From positions 158,867-222,866 of the forward strand of contig DBHM01000027.1 of NCBI GenBank assembly GCA_002296185.1: a stretch of DNA of 64,000 bases, in the 5' to 3' direction. Made by a program: the position numbers and the translations under genes. A model generated the notes under the pieces. The model made no database searches and was not told the DNA's origin. It was given only the letters and a program-made list of their open reading frames with translations. This stretch comes from Alphaproteobacteria bacterium UBA828. GTDB lineage: Bacteria > Pseudomonadota > Alphaproteobacteria > UBA828. Below are positions 52,524 through 62,907 of the stretch, one piece after another; the stretch's first letter is position 1, and each line of letters starts with the position of its first letter.

Positions 52524-53315
52524 TCAATTTGCTCTTGTAAGCATCTTTATTGGTCCATCAGAGCTTCCACTGATAAATTGATTAACGTATGGGTTGTCAC
52601 TTGAATCTAATTTTTCGACAGGCCCATGCCAGATTATTTTTCCTTCATATATCATAGCTATACGTGTAGCTATTTTTCTGGCGCTAGCCATATCATGAGT
52701 AATGCTTAATGCAGTACTTTTTGTCTCTGTAGTAATTTTTATTATAAGTTCATTAATTACATCAGCCATTATAGGATCGAGTCCTGTGGTGGGCTCATCA
52801 AAAAATATTATCTCGGGCTCTGTTGCTATTGCTCTGGCGAGGGCTACCCTTTTTTGCATTCCACCAGATAATTCTGAGTGATAAAGGTTACCAACATCAG
52901 CATTCAAGCCTACTGCTGCAAGTTTATCTATTGCGATATCTTTCGCTTCTTTCCTATCTATGTTCTGGCCATGAATTAGGCCAAATGCAACATTTTCCCA
53001 CACTGGAATACTATCAAACAAAGCTGCTCCCTGAAAAAGCATGCCAAATTTATGCATTAATTTTTCGCGTTCACTCCTTCTAAGTCCTATCATTTCTTTT
53101 CCATCAACCTTTATGGAGCCACTTTCAGGGTTGAGCAAGCCAAGTATGCATTTAAGCATTACCGATTTTCCTGTTCCAGAACCACCAATGACTACAAGTG
53201 ACTCACTCTCAATAACATCTAGGTCAAGTTCATCAAGTACGGATTTTGGACCAAAACTCTTTGAGAGGCCTCGTAATATAAGCTTGGCTTCTTTTTTACC
53301 GTGTGTGGTGCTCAT
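52524..53315 (-). CDS. mlaF: ABC transporter ATP-binding protein (MlaF-like)
   Basis: Walker A (GGSGTGKS), LSGGMQKRVALARA signature, and Walker B (IFFDEP). Confidence 0.8.
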   Translation of the reverse strand: MSTTHGKKEAKLILRGLSKSFGPKSVLDELDLDVIESESLVVIGGSGTGKSVMLKCILGLLNPESGSIKVDGKEMIGLRRSEREKLMHKFGMLFQGAALFDSIPVWENVAFGLIHGQNIDRKEAKDIAIDKLAAVGLNADVGNLYHSELSGGMQKRVALARAIATEPEIIFFDEPTTGLDPIMADVINELIIKITTETKSTALSITHDMASARKIATRIAMIYEGKIIWHGPVEKLDSSDNPYVNQFISGSSDGPIKMLTRAN

Positions 53316-54097
53316 TGAGAGAAAAATGCCTCCGTAATTATATAGTTGAAAATAAGAACAAGGATTGCGCCAGAAACAACAGCATTTGTCGTTGCGGAGC
53401 CTACACCTTGAGCTCCTCCACGGCTATAAAATCCATGATAGCAACCCATTAGTGCTATTAGAAAACCAAACACTGCTGCTTTTACTAGTCCAGACACAAC
53501 ATCCATGACTTCCAAAAACTCGAAAGTATTTGCTAGATATGCTTGAGAATTAAAATCCAGTTTGTGCACACTTACTAAATACCCTCCGAGTACACCAATT
53601 ATATCGGCAATAAGGACCAAAAATGGCAAACTAATTGCTGCTGCTATTAAGCGGGGGGCGATCAGATATTTAAAGGGGTTTGTAGATAGAGTGCTTAAGG
53701 CGTCAATTTGCTCTGTGACGCGCATAGTGCCTATTTCTGCAGCCATTGATGCTCCGACCCTACCAGCCACCATTAGGCCAGCAAGTACAGGACCTAGCTC
53801 CCGTGTTATTGATAGCACAACTACTGCAGGTATGGCACTATCAGCGGCAAAGCGTGAAAAACCCGTATAGCTTTGTAGGGCGAGTACCATTCCAGCAAAT
53901 ATACCAGTAAGTCCTACTACTGGAAGTGAATAATAACCAATTTCTAGTGTCTGTTTCAGAATTAGATGGGTGTAAAAGGGTGGGCGGAAACAGTGAGAGA
54001 GACTTTCAGCTGTAAATATGGAAATACGCCCAATAGTCTGAATAAGGTTTAAAAACCCTCGCCCAAGAAGGGCAATGGGGTTATTACTTAAGTTCAT
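53312..54097 (-). CDS. mlaE: ABC transporter permease (MlaE family)
   Basis: 261-aa permease with 5-6 TM segments, translationally coupled to the ATPase gene. Confidence 0.8.
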   Translation of the reverse strand: MNLSNNPIALLGRGFLNLIQTIGRISIFTAESLSHCFRPPFYTHLILKQTLEIGYYSLPVVGLTGIFAGMVLALQSYTGFSRFAADSAIPAVVVLSITRELGPVLAGLMVAGRVGASMAAEIGTMRVTEQIDALSTLSTNPFKYLIAPRLIAAAISLPFLVLIADIIGVLGGYLVSVHKLDFNSQAYLANTFEFLEVMDVVSGLVKAAVFGFLIALMGCYHGFYSRGGAQGVGSATTNAVVSGAILVLIFNYIITEAFFSQ

Positions 54098-55251
54098 TAT
54101 ATTTTCACCGGCGTATCTATATTATTCCAAACTCTCTCATAACGATTTCCAAGAGTAGTTAGGACTTCTTCACCTATAGTGCCGGAGTCGCGAGCAAAGT
54201 CATCTACTGTGTAATCTTTACCTATGAGCTCTACAGGGCAACCTAGGTGGTATTTTCCCTCAGGCACTTCTGAAATATCAAGAGTAATTAGATCCATTGA
54301 TACACGGCCTATTATTGGTACAGAAATTTTACCAAGGCGCGCTTTTGATATCCCGCCGCTAGAACGCATATATCCATCAGCATAGCCAACTCCAACAGTA
54401 GCGATTCTTCCAGGCTTTGTAAAAGTATGAGTTGCACCATAACCAACGGTCTGATTTCTGTCAACTTGTTGTACTTGAAGGATTTTTCCATATAGAGTAA
54501 CTATATTTTTCATAGGGTTTTCTTGGTACGGGGTAGGATTAAGCCCATAAAGAGATGCCCCTGGTCTGGTGAGATTAAAGTGGTAATCATTTCCTAAGAA
54601 TATTCCAGAAGAGTTTGCTAGACTCCATCGAGAGCTTTGAGGGGTAAAATTAATAATTTTATCCCTCAATAGTCTAAAACGTTTTAGTTGAATACAATTC
54701 ATCGGATGTTCAGGTTCTTCTGCGCAAGCAAGATGACTTATTACTCCATTAAAGGGGAGCTTAATTGAGGTAATATAGCGTTCAATAATTTTTTCTAATT
54801 CTTTTTCTGGAATACCAAGTCTAGACATTCCTGTATCTATATGAAACCAGGCTTTAGGTATATAGTCATTACTTGATGAACTAATTTTTTTACATGCACC
54901 CTGCCATATCTCAAATTGACCTAAATGGTTAATAACGGGGTTTATTTTTTTTTCGAGGCATATGAAAGCTTCCTCTTCTGTATTCACGCCAAAAAGTAAA
55001 TTGACTTCGCGATCAGATATTAATTTTTTTATCTCTATTGCTTCATCAATAGTTGCTGAAAAAAACTCTTTACACCCAATTGATGCTAGCGCCGGTACTA
55101 TATAACTAATACCAAGCCCATAACAGTTAGCCTTTACAACTGAACTAACAGTCGAGTTATTACACATTGAGGCAAGTAGCTTCCAATTAGCCTGAATGGA
55201 GCTAAGGTCAATATGTAAAGTGGCGCCATATTTGCCCATAGATTGGGGCAT
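54097..55251 (-). CDS. alr: Alanine racemase
   Basis: PLP-lysine motif VVKANCYGLG and a C-terminal beta-domain. Confidence 0.8.
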   Translation of the reverse strand: MPQSMGKYGATLHIDLSSIQANWKLLASMCNNSTVSSVVKANCYGLGISYIVPALASIGCKEFFSATIDEAIEIKKLISDREVNLLFGVNTEEEAFICLEKKINPVINHLGQFEIWQGACKKISSSSNDYIPKAWFHIDTGMSRLGIPEKELEKIIERYITSIKLPFNGVISHLACAEEPEHPMNCIQLKRFRLLRDKIINFTPQSSRWSLANSSGIFLGNDYHFNLTRPGASLYGLNPTPYQENPMKNIVTLYGKILQVQQVDRNQTVGYGATHTFTKPGRIATVGVGYADGYMRSSGGISKARLGKISVPIIGRVSMDLITLDISEVPEGKYHLGCPVELIGKDYTVDDFARDSGTIGEEVLTTLGNRYERVWNNIDTPVKI

Positions 55252-55263
55252 AGATTCCTCTAT

Positions 55264-56778
55264 CTAAGACATGGGATTGTTGGTTGTTGCAGAAGAGTGC
55301 TGTGTATCTAAATCAGCAAATTGAGTGAGGAACTCATTAAAGTAGAGTAAAACTTTACCTGTCGGGCCATGTCGCTGTTTGGCGATTATAGTTTCAGCAA
55401 GGTTATGTATACTGGACATCTTTTCTTGCCAATCTTGATGTTCCACTGTTCCCTCAGCAGGTTCTTGTCGGGCTAAATAATATTGTTCCCTATAAACAAA
55501 CATAACAACATCTGCATCCTGTTCTATAGATCCAGATTCCCTGAGGTCAGCCAGTTGAGGTCGTTTGTCATCTCTCTGTTCAACAGCTCTAGAGAGCTGT
55601 GAAAGTGCTACAACAGGAACACCTAGTTCTTTTGCAAGAGCTTTTAGACCCATTGTTACCTCAGAAACTTCCTGCACCCGATTATTAAGCCGTCTACTTG
55701 AAGTGGGGCGCATAAGTTGAAGATAATCAACAATAATCAAGTCTAAGCCACGCTGTCTTTTTAATCTACGTGCTCTAGCTCTTAAGCCTGGAATTGTTAG
55801 TTCAGGGGTGTCATCAATAAAGAAGGGAATAGTCTCAATTTCTTGGCTGGCTCTAACAATTTTTCCAAAGTCTTCGTTATTGACTTCTCCTCTTCGAAGC
55901 TTTTCTGAAGATATACCGGTTTGCTCTGCTAGAATCCTTGTCGCAAGTTGCTCAGAAGACATTTCAAGACTAAAAAAACCAACACGTGCTCCATCAGTTA
56001 GGATTGAAGTTCCAGTGTCAGATTTTTCCTCATGGAATTTTCGAGCAGCATTATAAGCGAAATTTGTTGCTAGCGCAGTTTTGCCCATTCCTGGTCGTCC
56101 AGCTATTATAATCAGGTCGGATGGATGTAACCCCCCCAAAAGCTTATCTAAGTCGTTGAGTCCTGTGGGAACTCCAACCATCTTCCCATCACGTTTATAA
56201 GCAGATTCGATAAGGTTTACGGCCGTTGTTAGTGAGCTACTAAAATCTTGGAATCCACCTTCATTTTCTCCGTCTTCTGCAAGTTTATAAAGTTTTTGTT
56301 CAGCAGATTCTAATTGGTCAATAGCTGTTTCATCTAATGGAGCATCGAAAGCATCATTTACAATATTTTCACCGATTGAAATTAATGATCTTCTCATAGC
56401 AAGATCATGAACAATCTTTCCGTAATTCTCTGCATTAATGATTGTTACTGCAGCACCTGCAAGCCTCGCTAAGTACTGCGTACCCCCAAGATTTGTTAGG
56501 CCTGCATCAGACTCAAAAAAATGCTTAAGGGTTATAGGGCTTGCAATTTGACCGCGGTCAATTAACTTTATTATCGTATCAAAAATTCGGCCATGAACAT
56601 CTAGAAAAAAATGATCTTCTTCGAGAAATCCTGATACCTGGTTGGCTGCTTCATTATTTACAAGAATAGCACCCAGCAACGCTTGCTCGACCTCTAGGTT
56701 ATGCGGCAGAGAGCGATACCCATCATTTGTAGTTGATTGAGTCCTAGTTTGCGATTCAAGGTTTGTTTGTGTTGCCAT
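55264..56778 (-). CDS. dnaB: Replicative DNA helicase DnaB
   Basis: N-terminal DnaB domain (NLEVEQALLGAIL), Walker A (GRPGMGKT), and the conserved motif ALSQLSRAVEQR. There is no intein. Confidence 0.9.
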   Translation of the reverse strand: MATQTNLESQTRTQSTTNDGYRSLPHNLEVEQALLGAILVNNEAANQVSGFLEEDHFFLDVHGRIFDTIIKLIDRGQIASPITLKHFFESDAGLTNLGGTQYLARLAGAAVTIINAENYGKIVHDLAMRRSLISIGENIVNDAFDAPLDETAIDQLESAEQKLYKLAEDGENEGGFQDFSSSLTTAVNLIESAYKRDGKMVGVPTGLNDLDKLLGGLHPSDLIIIAGRPGMGKTALATNFAYNAARKFHEEKSDTGTSILTDGARVGFFSLEMSSEQLATRILAEQTGISSEKLRRGEVNNEDFGKIVRASQEIETIPFFIDDTPELTIPGLRARARRLKRQRGLDLIIVDYLQLMRPTSSRRLNNRVQEVSEVTMGLKALAKELGVPVVALSQLSRAVEQRDDKRPQLADLRESGSIEQDADVVMFVYREQYYLARQEPAEGTVEHQDWQEKMSSIHNLAETIIAKQRHGPTGKVLLYFNEFLTQFADLDTQHSSATTNNPMS

Positions 56779-56999
56779 GAGGCCCTCTTTTATCCTGCCT
56801 TTTGTTTATCTGAAACCTTCTCATATCAGCGTGTAGGAATTTGTCATGGACTAATTCCATATTAATAACAATAATAGCGGGGATAAAATACTAAGATATT
56901 GTAAATAAATAATAAAATATGCCGGTTTGCTTATAAATAACATGGCCTGTGTTTATCTTAATAGGTAACCGGTATTTAAGCTAAACTTATTTTTAAGTT

Positions 57000-58214
57000 T
57001 TAGATTTGGTGGTTTTTTTCCCACTCTACCATGTAATCTCTTGTTAATGGTGCAGCTTCCTGGTCCCAAGCAATCTGAAGCTGTGCGATCATGTGATCTT
57101 GTCTTCTAAAGGCAATTTCTGAACCTGCTAGATAAAATTCCCACATTTTACAAAAGCGTTCATCGTAAATTTCTTTTATTTTATTTCGGTTGTAAGCAAA
57201 ATTACGTGACCAGTGACGTAGAGTGTCGGCGTAGTGAAGTCTGAGCATTTCGGTATCTAGAACTTTTAGTCCTGTTTTTTCAATAGCAGAAAAAATTTCT
57301 GACATGGATGGGCAGTACCCTCCTGGGAAAATATATTTTCTTAGCCAAGGATTAGTTACGCTTGGTCCATCCCAACGAGCTATAGTATGTATTACGGCCA
57401 CCCCGTCATCTTTAAGAAGTGATCCTACCTTATTAAAAAATTCTCCATAATGTTTAATGCCTACATGTTCAAACATGCCTACTGACACAATCCTGTCATA
57501 TAGATTTGTTTCTCGTCTGTAGTCCTGAAGTAAAAATCTGACATCGCCTTGAATTTGTAAATCCTGAGTCCTCTTTTCAGCATATTTCTGTTGTTCTTTT
57601 GAGAGTGTTAAACCTGTAACATTTGCGCCGGTTTCTTGATGAAGATAGATCCCAAGCCCGCCCCATCCAGATCCAATATCCAAGGTCTTTAAGCCAGGTT
57701 TGTCGAGTATTAATTTTGAAGCTAGATGCCGCTTTTTTGCTTTCTGGGCTTGCTCAAGTGTGCTGTTTTGTGAGTCAAAATATCCACAAGAGTATTGACG
57801 ATCTGAGTCTAGGAATAAATCAAAAAGATCATCTGATAGATCATAATGGTGGGCTACATTCTTTCTTGCTACTCCTAATGGATTATGTTGTTGAAGTGGT
57901 CTTGTCCACCCACTCAACCAATTTCTTATTCGTACGATGGTTAATTCGTCAAGAACATGTAGATTAGATCCTGTCAGATCTAGGAAATCATAAATACTTC
58001 CCCCATCCTCGACGGTCAAAGATCCATCCATATATGCTTCTCCAACAGCAAGTCTTGGATTGAGAGCTATTTTACGACTCACTGAACGATTATGCAGACG
58101 GATTGTAACAGAGGGGCCTTGATTATTTCCAAAGGTTTTTAATTTACCCCTATGATCAATGACATTAAGGGTTCCTTTTTTCATTAGTTGTTTGAGTAGT
58201 AACTCTAATAGCAT
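57000..58214 (-). CDS. cfa: Cyclopropane-fatty-acyl-phospholipid synthase-family methyltransferase
   Basis: SAM-binding motif (VLDIGSGWGGL) and a CFA-synthase-like C-terminal region. Confidence 0.8.
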   Translation of the reverse strand: MLLELLLKQLMKKGTLNVIDHRGKLKTFGNNQGPSVTIRLHNRSVSRKIALNPRLAVGEAYMDGSLTVEDGGSIYDFLDLTGSNLHVLDELTIVRIRNWLSGWTRPLQQHNPLGVARKNVAHHYDLSDDLFDLFLDSDRQYSCGYFDSQNSTLEQAQKAKKRHLASKLILDKPGLKTLDIGSGWGGLGIYLHQETGANVTGLTLSKEQQKYAEKRTQDLQIQGDVRFLLQDYRRETNLYDRIVSVGMFEHVGIKHYGEFFNKVGSLLKDDGVAVIHTIARWDGPSVTNPWLRKYIFPGGYCPSMSEIFSAIEKTGLKVLDTEMLRLHYADTLRHWSRNFAYNRNKIKEIYDERFCKMWEFYLAGSEIAFRRQDHMIAQLQIAWDQEAAPLTRDYMVEWEKNHQI

Positions 58215-58259
58215 TTGTGTTTATTTCCCAAGAGTTCTTATCTATTCAAAATACATTAT

Positions 58260-58958
58260 CTATTCTTCTTTTTCGTCAATTAAATCCTGATCCGGGTTTT
58301 TGCCGATCTTAGATTCAGTATCCTGAGGTATAACTCTATTTTCCTGGGATAATTTATCAGTTTCTGAATTCATATTTTCTGTGAGTAATTTTGCTTCTGC
58401 TTTCGCGGCTAATTCTTCAGTATCAAAAACAGTCTTATCAACTTCTGATATATCTTCCCCTTCTTCTGAGCTTGCTTTAAGGGTGCCGCCTTTACTTTGA
58501 ATCGATGCTTCTTCGTCTGACCGAGCAACATTGATATTTATATTTACGGTAACTTCAGGATGAAGAACTAATTGTAGTTGGTGGATACCAAGTGTTTTAA
58601 TAGGTACATCCAACTTAATCTGCTGACGTTTTATAGCAACACCAGATTGACTTATCTTATCTGCTATATCACGGGCAGTAACTGATCCAAATAACTGTCC
58701 AGTATCCCCTGCCTGTCGGATCAAAATAAAATCCTTCCCATCGACTTCTTTGGCTGCAGACTCCGCTAAAGTGCGTTTTTCATCATTAACTATCTGTAAA
58801 GCTTCTTTCTCGGCTTCAAATCTTGCCTTATTTTCTTTTGTAGCTAGCAAGGCTTTCTTTTGGGGGAGCAGAAAGTTCCTGGCATAGCCATCTTTAACTT
58901 TGACTACATCTCCCATATGACCAAGTTTTTCAACTCGCTCAAGCAAAATAATTTCCAT
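58260..58958 (-). CDS. rplI: 50S ribosomal protein L9 with a long acidic C-terminal extension
   Basis: MEIILLERVEKLGHMGDVVKVKDGYARNFLLP matches the L9 N-domain. An Asp/Glu/Ser-rich tail of about 80 aa follows the L9 C-domain. The start is taken at the internal Met. Confidence 0.8.
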   Translation of the reverse strand: MEIILLERVEKLGHMGDVVKVKDGYARNFLLPQKKALLATKENKARFEAEKEALQIVNDEKRTLAESAAKEVDGKDFILIRQAGDTGQLFGSVTARDIADKISQSGVAIKRQQIKLDVPIKTLGIHQLQLVLHPEVTVNININVARSDEEASIQSKGGTLKASSEEGEDISEVDKTVFDTEELAAKAEAKLLTENMNSETDKLSQENRVIPQDTESKIGKNPDQDLIDEKEE

Positions 58959-58968
58959 CTTGGGTCTC

Positions 58969-59910
58969 CTAAGAGGGGTTATTACCCTCAATTTTTTCCC
59001 TTATTCTAAACCATTGTTCCGCAAATCCAAGGGCTGCTGCTAAGAACATTGGCCAACCGCGAATAAATATTAAAAGGTAGAAAATTCCAATAAATATAGG
59101 GCCAGGTCCCCAGCCCCTACAGATTGAATGAAACACCATTAGACCGACAAGGATAAAGGGTACAAGCAAAATTTGGAATAGGTTCCAAGCAATAATACTT
59201 GTTATGCCATCTGTTACTAGTCCAAGCAATAGGCTAGCTCCCCATGCAATGAAAACCCAAATAGGGGTAGTTGCTTTGGAAAGTTCCAGGGATGGTCTTA
59301 AATTCCGGCCCCATCGCTTTAGAAGGAGATTTGCTATTCCTAGGCTAATGATTGTAATAGCTAGCCACCATCCTGCCATGGTTCCAGGCGCTAGCTGGGC
59401 AATTTGCCTAGCAAAAATAGTGATTGATTCTTTTGAATTAATATTACCGGCCATCATGGGCTCTAGGGCTGTCGCTATTTGGCGTTCGACTAATCCGATG
59501 AACCCACCTTCAAAACCGGATGACCCTATGAATATTACCATTAATATTAAGGCAGCATAAGCCGTTAGGTAGCCTAGTATTTTACTTGGTGGGAGCCATG
59601 TAAGTGAGCCATTCGGTAGTTTTTGTGGTTTTATGATATATCTTGATATTGCAACTGCAGGCAATGCTTGTGTCAGCACATAGGCTAATGAACCGATTAG
59701 ACCGCCCATTACAGCCACAAGAGCTGTTGCCAAAAAAGATGAGGTTAATGTTGTCCCTAGTCCAGTGCTAAGTCCCACAAGGAAAAGTGGTAGCATAGAG
59801 AAGGGCATAACTACCAGTGATAAGGGGGATCCTGTCATTACTGCCGAAAATAGAAGTGCTGATATGACACCTGCTGCTATGGCGATTAGATTGCGTGTAC
59901 GTGGGGGCAT
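58969..59910 (-). CDS. Polytopic membrane protein (DUF2232-like) between rpsR and rplI
   Basis: 313 aa with 8 or more TM segments, in a position conserved in alphaproteobacterial rpsF-rpsR-x-rplI clusters. Confidence 0.5.
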   Translation of the reverse strand: MPPRTRNLIAIAAGVISALLFSAVMTGSPLSLVVMPFSMLPLFLVGLSTGLGTTLTSSFLATALVAVMGGLIGSLAYVLTQALPAVAISRYIIKPQKLPNGSLTWLPPSKILGYLTAYAALILMVIFIGSSGFEGGFIGLVERQIATALEPMMAGNINSKESITIFARQIAQLAPGTMAGWWLAITIISLGIANLLLKRWGRNLRPSLELSKATTPIWVFIAWGASLLLGLVTDGITSIIAWNLFQILLVPFILVGLMVFHSICRGWGPGPIFIGIFYLLIFIRGWPMFLAAALGFAEQWFRIREKIEGNNPS

Positions 59911-59939
59911 GTTTCCCCTAACCCGCTAACATGGCGTTT

Positions 59940-60284
59940 TTACTGGACTACGTAGGGTAGCAAGGCTAGTTGTCTAGCTCGCTTAATCGCCCGGGCTAAT
60001 TCCCGTTGTCTCTTAGCAGACACTGCGGTTATCCGGCTTGGAACAATCTTGCCTCGTTCAGATACAAATCTTTGCAGGATCTTAACGTCTTTATAATCAA
60101 TTTTGGGAGCATTAGGTCCAGAAAATGGGCAAGATTTTCTACGTCTAAAGAAAGGCCTTCTCGGGAATGCGACATTTGGAATGTTATTGCCGCTTCCTCC
60201 AGGCCCACCTCTGCTGTTACCAAACCTTTGGTTCGTTTGCCGATTATCACTTATGTTTTCTGCAGAGCTAGTTTCATCAACCAT
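59940..60284 (-). CDS. rpsR: 30S ribosomal protein S18
   Basis: The C-terminal 70 aa match S18 ([10 protein letters not shown]...[12 protein letters not shown]...[28 protein letters not shown]). A Gly-rich N-terminal extension precedes it. Confidence 0.85.
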   Translation of the reverse strand: MVDETSSAENISDNRQTNQRFGNSRGGPGGSGNNIPNVAFPRRPFFRRRKSCPFSGPNAPKIDYKDVKILQRFVSERGKIVPSRITAVSAKRQRELARAIKRARQLALLPYVVQ

Positions 60285-60314
60285 AATTTTTCTCTTTATA
60301 TTAACTGCTTTACT

Positions 60315-60719
60315 TTATTCGTTATCTTTAAGCTGATTATCTAAATCTTCATAATTATGATCTTCAGTAACTGAAGAATCAGCCTTTACCTCTCTTGGTC
60401 GAGATTGCATCATAGCTGATGGGTTCGTGTCTAGAGCTTCAACCTTTATTGTTAAGAACCTAATTATATCCTCATTCAACCTCATATTTCGTTCCATCTC
60501 CGAAATAGCTTCGGCAGTTGCGCTAATACGCATATGCACATAATAGCCTTTGCGGTTTTTCTTAATTTTGTAGGCTAAATTACGTAAGCCCCATTGTTCA
60601 ATAGTCGTAACTTCACCTCCACTCTCGCGGATAGATTCATTGAATTGTTCGCCAAGTGCTTCTACTTGTTGAGAGGACACATCAGGGCGTGCAATAAAAG
60701 TATTTTCGTAGAGCGGCAT
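60315..60719 (-). CDS. rpsF: 30S ribosomal protein S6
   Basis: MPLYENTFIARPD...YYVHM matches the S6 fold, followed by an acidic C-terminal tail. Confidence 0.85.
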   Translation of the reverse strand: MPLYENTFIARPDVSSQQVEALGEQFNESIRESGGEVTTIEQWGLRNLAYKIKKNRKGYYVHMRISATAEAISEMERNMRLNEDIIRFLTIKVEALDTNPSAMMQSRPREVKADSSVTEDHNYEDLDNQLKDNE

Positions 60720-60926
60720 GGCTCGCCGTCTCCTCCTTAAATTAGCTATTGTTATCCAACTTTATCTTTAGCACAGTGTTTTTATGTGCTGAAGCGCCGC
60801 ACTATACTCAATTGGGCCAAAGGCGCAAGGCCGCTTGACAGAGATCTTTCAAAAGGTATGACTGGATAAAGCAGATATTTCTGCCCAAACCACAGGAATA
60901 TAACATTATTTGGGACGTTTGAGACT

Positions 60927-61868
60927 ATGAATAGAGCATTTGTATTTCCAGGCCAGGGATCACAAGTAATTGGAATGGGTAAGGCTGTCGCTGAAATGTA
61001 CCCTGAAGCAGCTGCTATATTTGAAATTGTTGACAATGCACTGGAGGAAAAACTCTCAGAGTTGATATTTTCAGGCTCAGAGGAGGAATTAAGACTAACA
61101 AGAAATGCACAACCTGCACTTATGGCGACATCTCTTGCGGTAATACGAGCAATTGAAACTGAATCTGGGAGGTCTCTATCTGAATTAGCCAGTTGTCTAG
61201 CTGGGCATTCTTTAGGTGAGTACTCTGCTCTAGCGGCTGCTGATAGTCTAAATATTGCTGATTCAGCAAGGCTTTTGAGGCTCAGGGGTGATGCGATGCA
61301 GTCGGCAGTAAAAATTGGAGAGGGATTAATGGCCGCGCTAATAGGGGCAGACTTAAATCAGGCTGAAGAAGTTATATCCATTGCTAACTCTGAAGGAACA
61401 TGCGTAATTGCTAATGATAACGCGCCTGGGCAAGTTGTAGTTAGTGGAGCTAGCAGAGCTATAAAGAAAGTAATCGATATTGCAAAAGATTATGATATTA
61501 AAAAGGCAGTTTTACTTCCTGTCAGCGCACCATTCCATTGTCCCATGATGAGGCCTGCTGCTGAGGCTATGTCAGAGGCTCTGAATAAAGTTCAGTTAAA
61601 AAAGCCTACTCTACCAATCATCTCAAATGTTACAGCTCAAATGGAGAGTGATCCGAACAAAATCAAAGACTTATTAACCAGACAAGTGACAGCGCAAGTT
61701 AGGTGGAGAGAGAGTATTTTAACTATGTCTAATGTGGGAGTAAACAAAGTTGCTGAGGTTGGTGCGGGAAAGGTTTTAACAGGTCTTATAAAAAGAATAG
61801 ATCCCGATCTTGATATTAGTTCGATTAACAGTCCGGATGGTGTTAAAAGCTTTGTATCTGAGCTATGA
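60927..61868 (+). CDS. fabD: Malonyl-CoA:ACP transacylase
   Basis: FPGQGSQ N-terminus and active-site GHSLGE. Confidence 0.9.
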   Translation: MNRAFVFPGQGSQVIGMGKAVAEMYPEAAAIFEIVDNALEEKLSELIFSGSEEELRLTRNAQPALMATSLAVIRAIETESGRSLSELASCLAGHSLGEYSALAAADSLNIADSARLLRLRGDAMQSAVKIGEGLMAALIGADLNQAEEVISIANSEGTCVIANDNAPGQVVVSGASRAIKKVIDIAKDYDIKKAVLLPVSAPFHCPMMRPAAEAMSEALNKVQLKKPTLPIISNVTAQMESDPNKIKDLLTRQVTAQVRWRESILTMSNVGVNKVAEVGAGKVLTGLIKRIDPDLDISSINSPDGVKSFVSEL

Positions 61869-61945
61869 TTATAAATAGATTTATTTCTAATAGTTGGTTA
61901 GATCAGTGATTAATAAAATCGAACATAATTAGGGGTTTTTTTTAG

Positions 61946-62683
61946 ATGTTTAACTTGAGTGGCAAGGGTTTGCTGGTTACTGGTGCCTCAGGTGGCATCG
62001 GAGCTTCTATAGCTTCTGCATTACATGAATGTGGAGCAAGTGTGGTGCTTTCAGGAACACGAGAGGAGGCTCTATTAAAATTGGCGGAAGAATTAGGTGA
62101 TCAAGCACATCCTATTTCGTGCGATCTATCTGACAAGGGTTCAATAGAATCTCTTGTGGAAAGGTCTGATCTAGTATTGGATGGAATTGATGGCCTAATT
62201 CATTGTGCTGGTGTGACCTCTGACAATCTTGCTATGCGTATGAAAGATGATGAATGGGAAAATGTAATTGATATTAACCTAAAATCTGCATTTAGGCTTA
62301 CTAGGGCTAGCCTTCGTGGAATGATGAAGAAGCGCTGGGGGAGAATAATATTTATAACTTCAGTAGTTGGAGCAATAGGAAATCCAGGGCAGGCTAACTA
62401 TGCAGCTTCTAAGGCCGGATTAACAGGCATGGCTAAGGCTATGGCTGGAGAAGTGGCTTCTAGGGGGATAACAGTCAATTGTGTGGCTCCGGGGTTTATA
62501 GATACGCCAATGACTCAGGCACTATCTGATAAGCAAAGAGAGAATATGGGGCATCTAATTCCTATTGGCCGATTCGGCACCTCAGGGGATATTGCGGCTG
62601 GTTGTGTCTATCTAGCAAGTGAAGAAGCTGGATATATTACCGGACAGACAATTCATATTAATGGCGGAATGGCTATGGTTTGA
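61946..62683 (+). CDS. fabG: 3-oxoacyl-ACP reductase
   Basis: TGASGGIG, NAG and YAASKAG catalytic triad region, and a conserved position between fabD and acpP. Confidence 0.9.
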   Translation: MFNLSGKGLLVTGASGGIGASIASALHECGASVVLSGTREEALLKLAEELGDQAHPISCDLSDKGSIESLVERSDLVLDGIDGLIHCAGVTSDNLAMRMKDDEWENVIDINLKSAFRLTRASLRGMMKKRWGRIIFITSVVGAIGNPGQANYAASKAGLTGMAKAMAGEVASRGITVNCVAPGFIDTPMTQALSDKQRENMGHLIPIGRFGTSGDIAAGCVYLASEEAGYITGQTIHINGGMAMV

Positions 62684-62708
62684 TGGTATTATAGCATGGT
62701 GTATTATT

Positions 62709-62752
62709 TTCATGTCATATGTATATGGTCAAATACAATAATGTATATGGCC
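62709..62752. repeat. Tandem direct repeat of 22 bp, two copies (ATGTATATGGTCAAATACAATA / ATGTATATGGCCAAATACAATA), in the fabG-acpP spacer
   Basis: Two adjacent units differing at one position, read directly from the sequence. Confidence 0.7.
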
Positions 62753-62907
62753 AAATACAATAAATTATGTTAACAACCGCCCGCTTGTGCTCTAAGAATA
62801 AAGTTACAATTTGATCTAAAGTGTTAACAGGCTAGTTTTGGGTTATTAAAATCAGCTAAAAAAGCTGGTTCATCCAAACAACAAACAAATGTCCGAGGGA
62901 ATTTACT

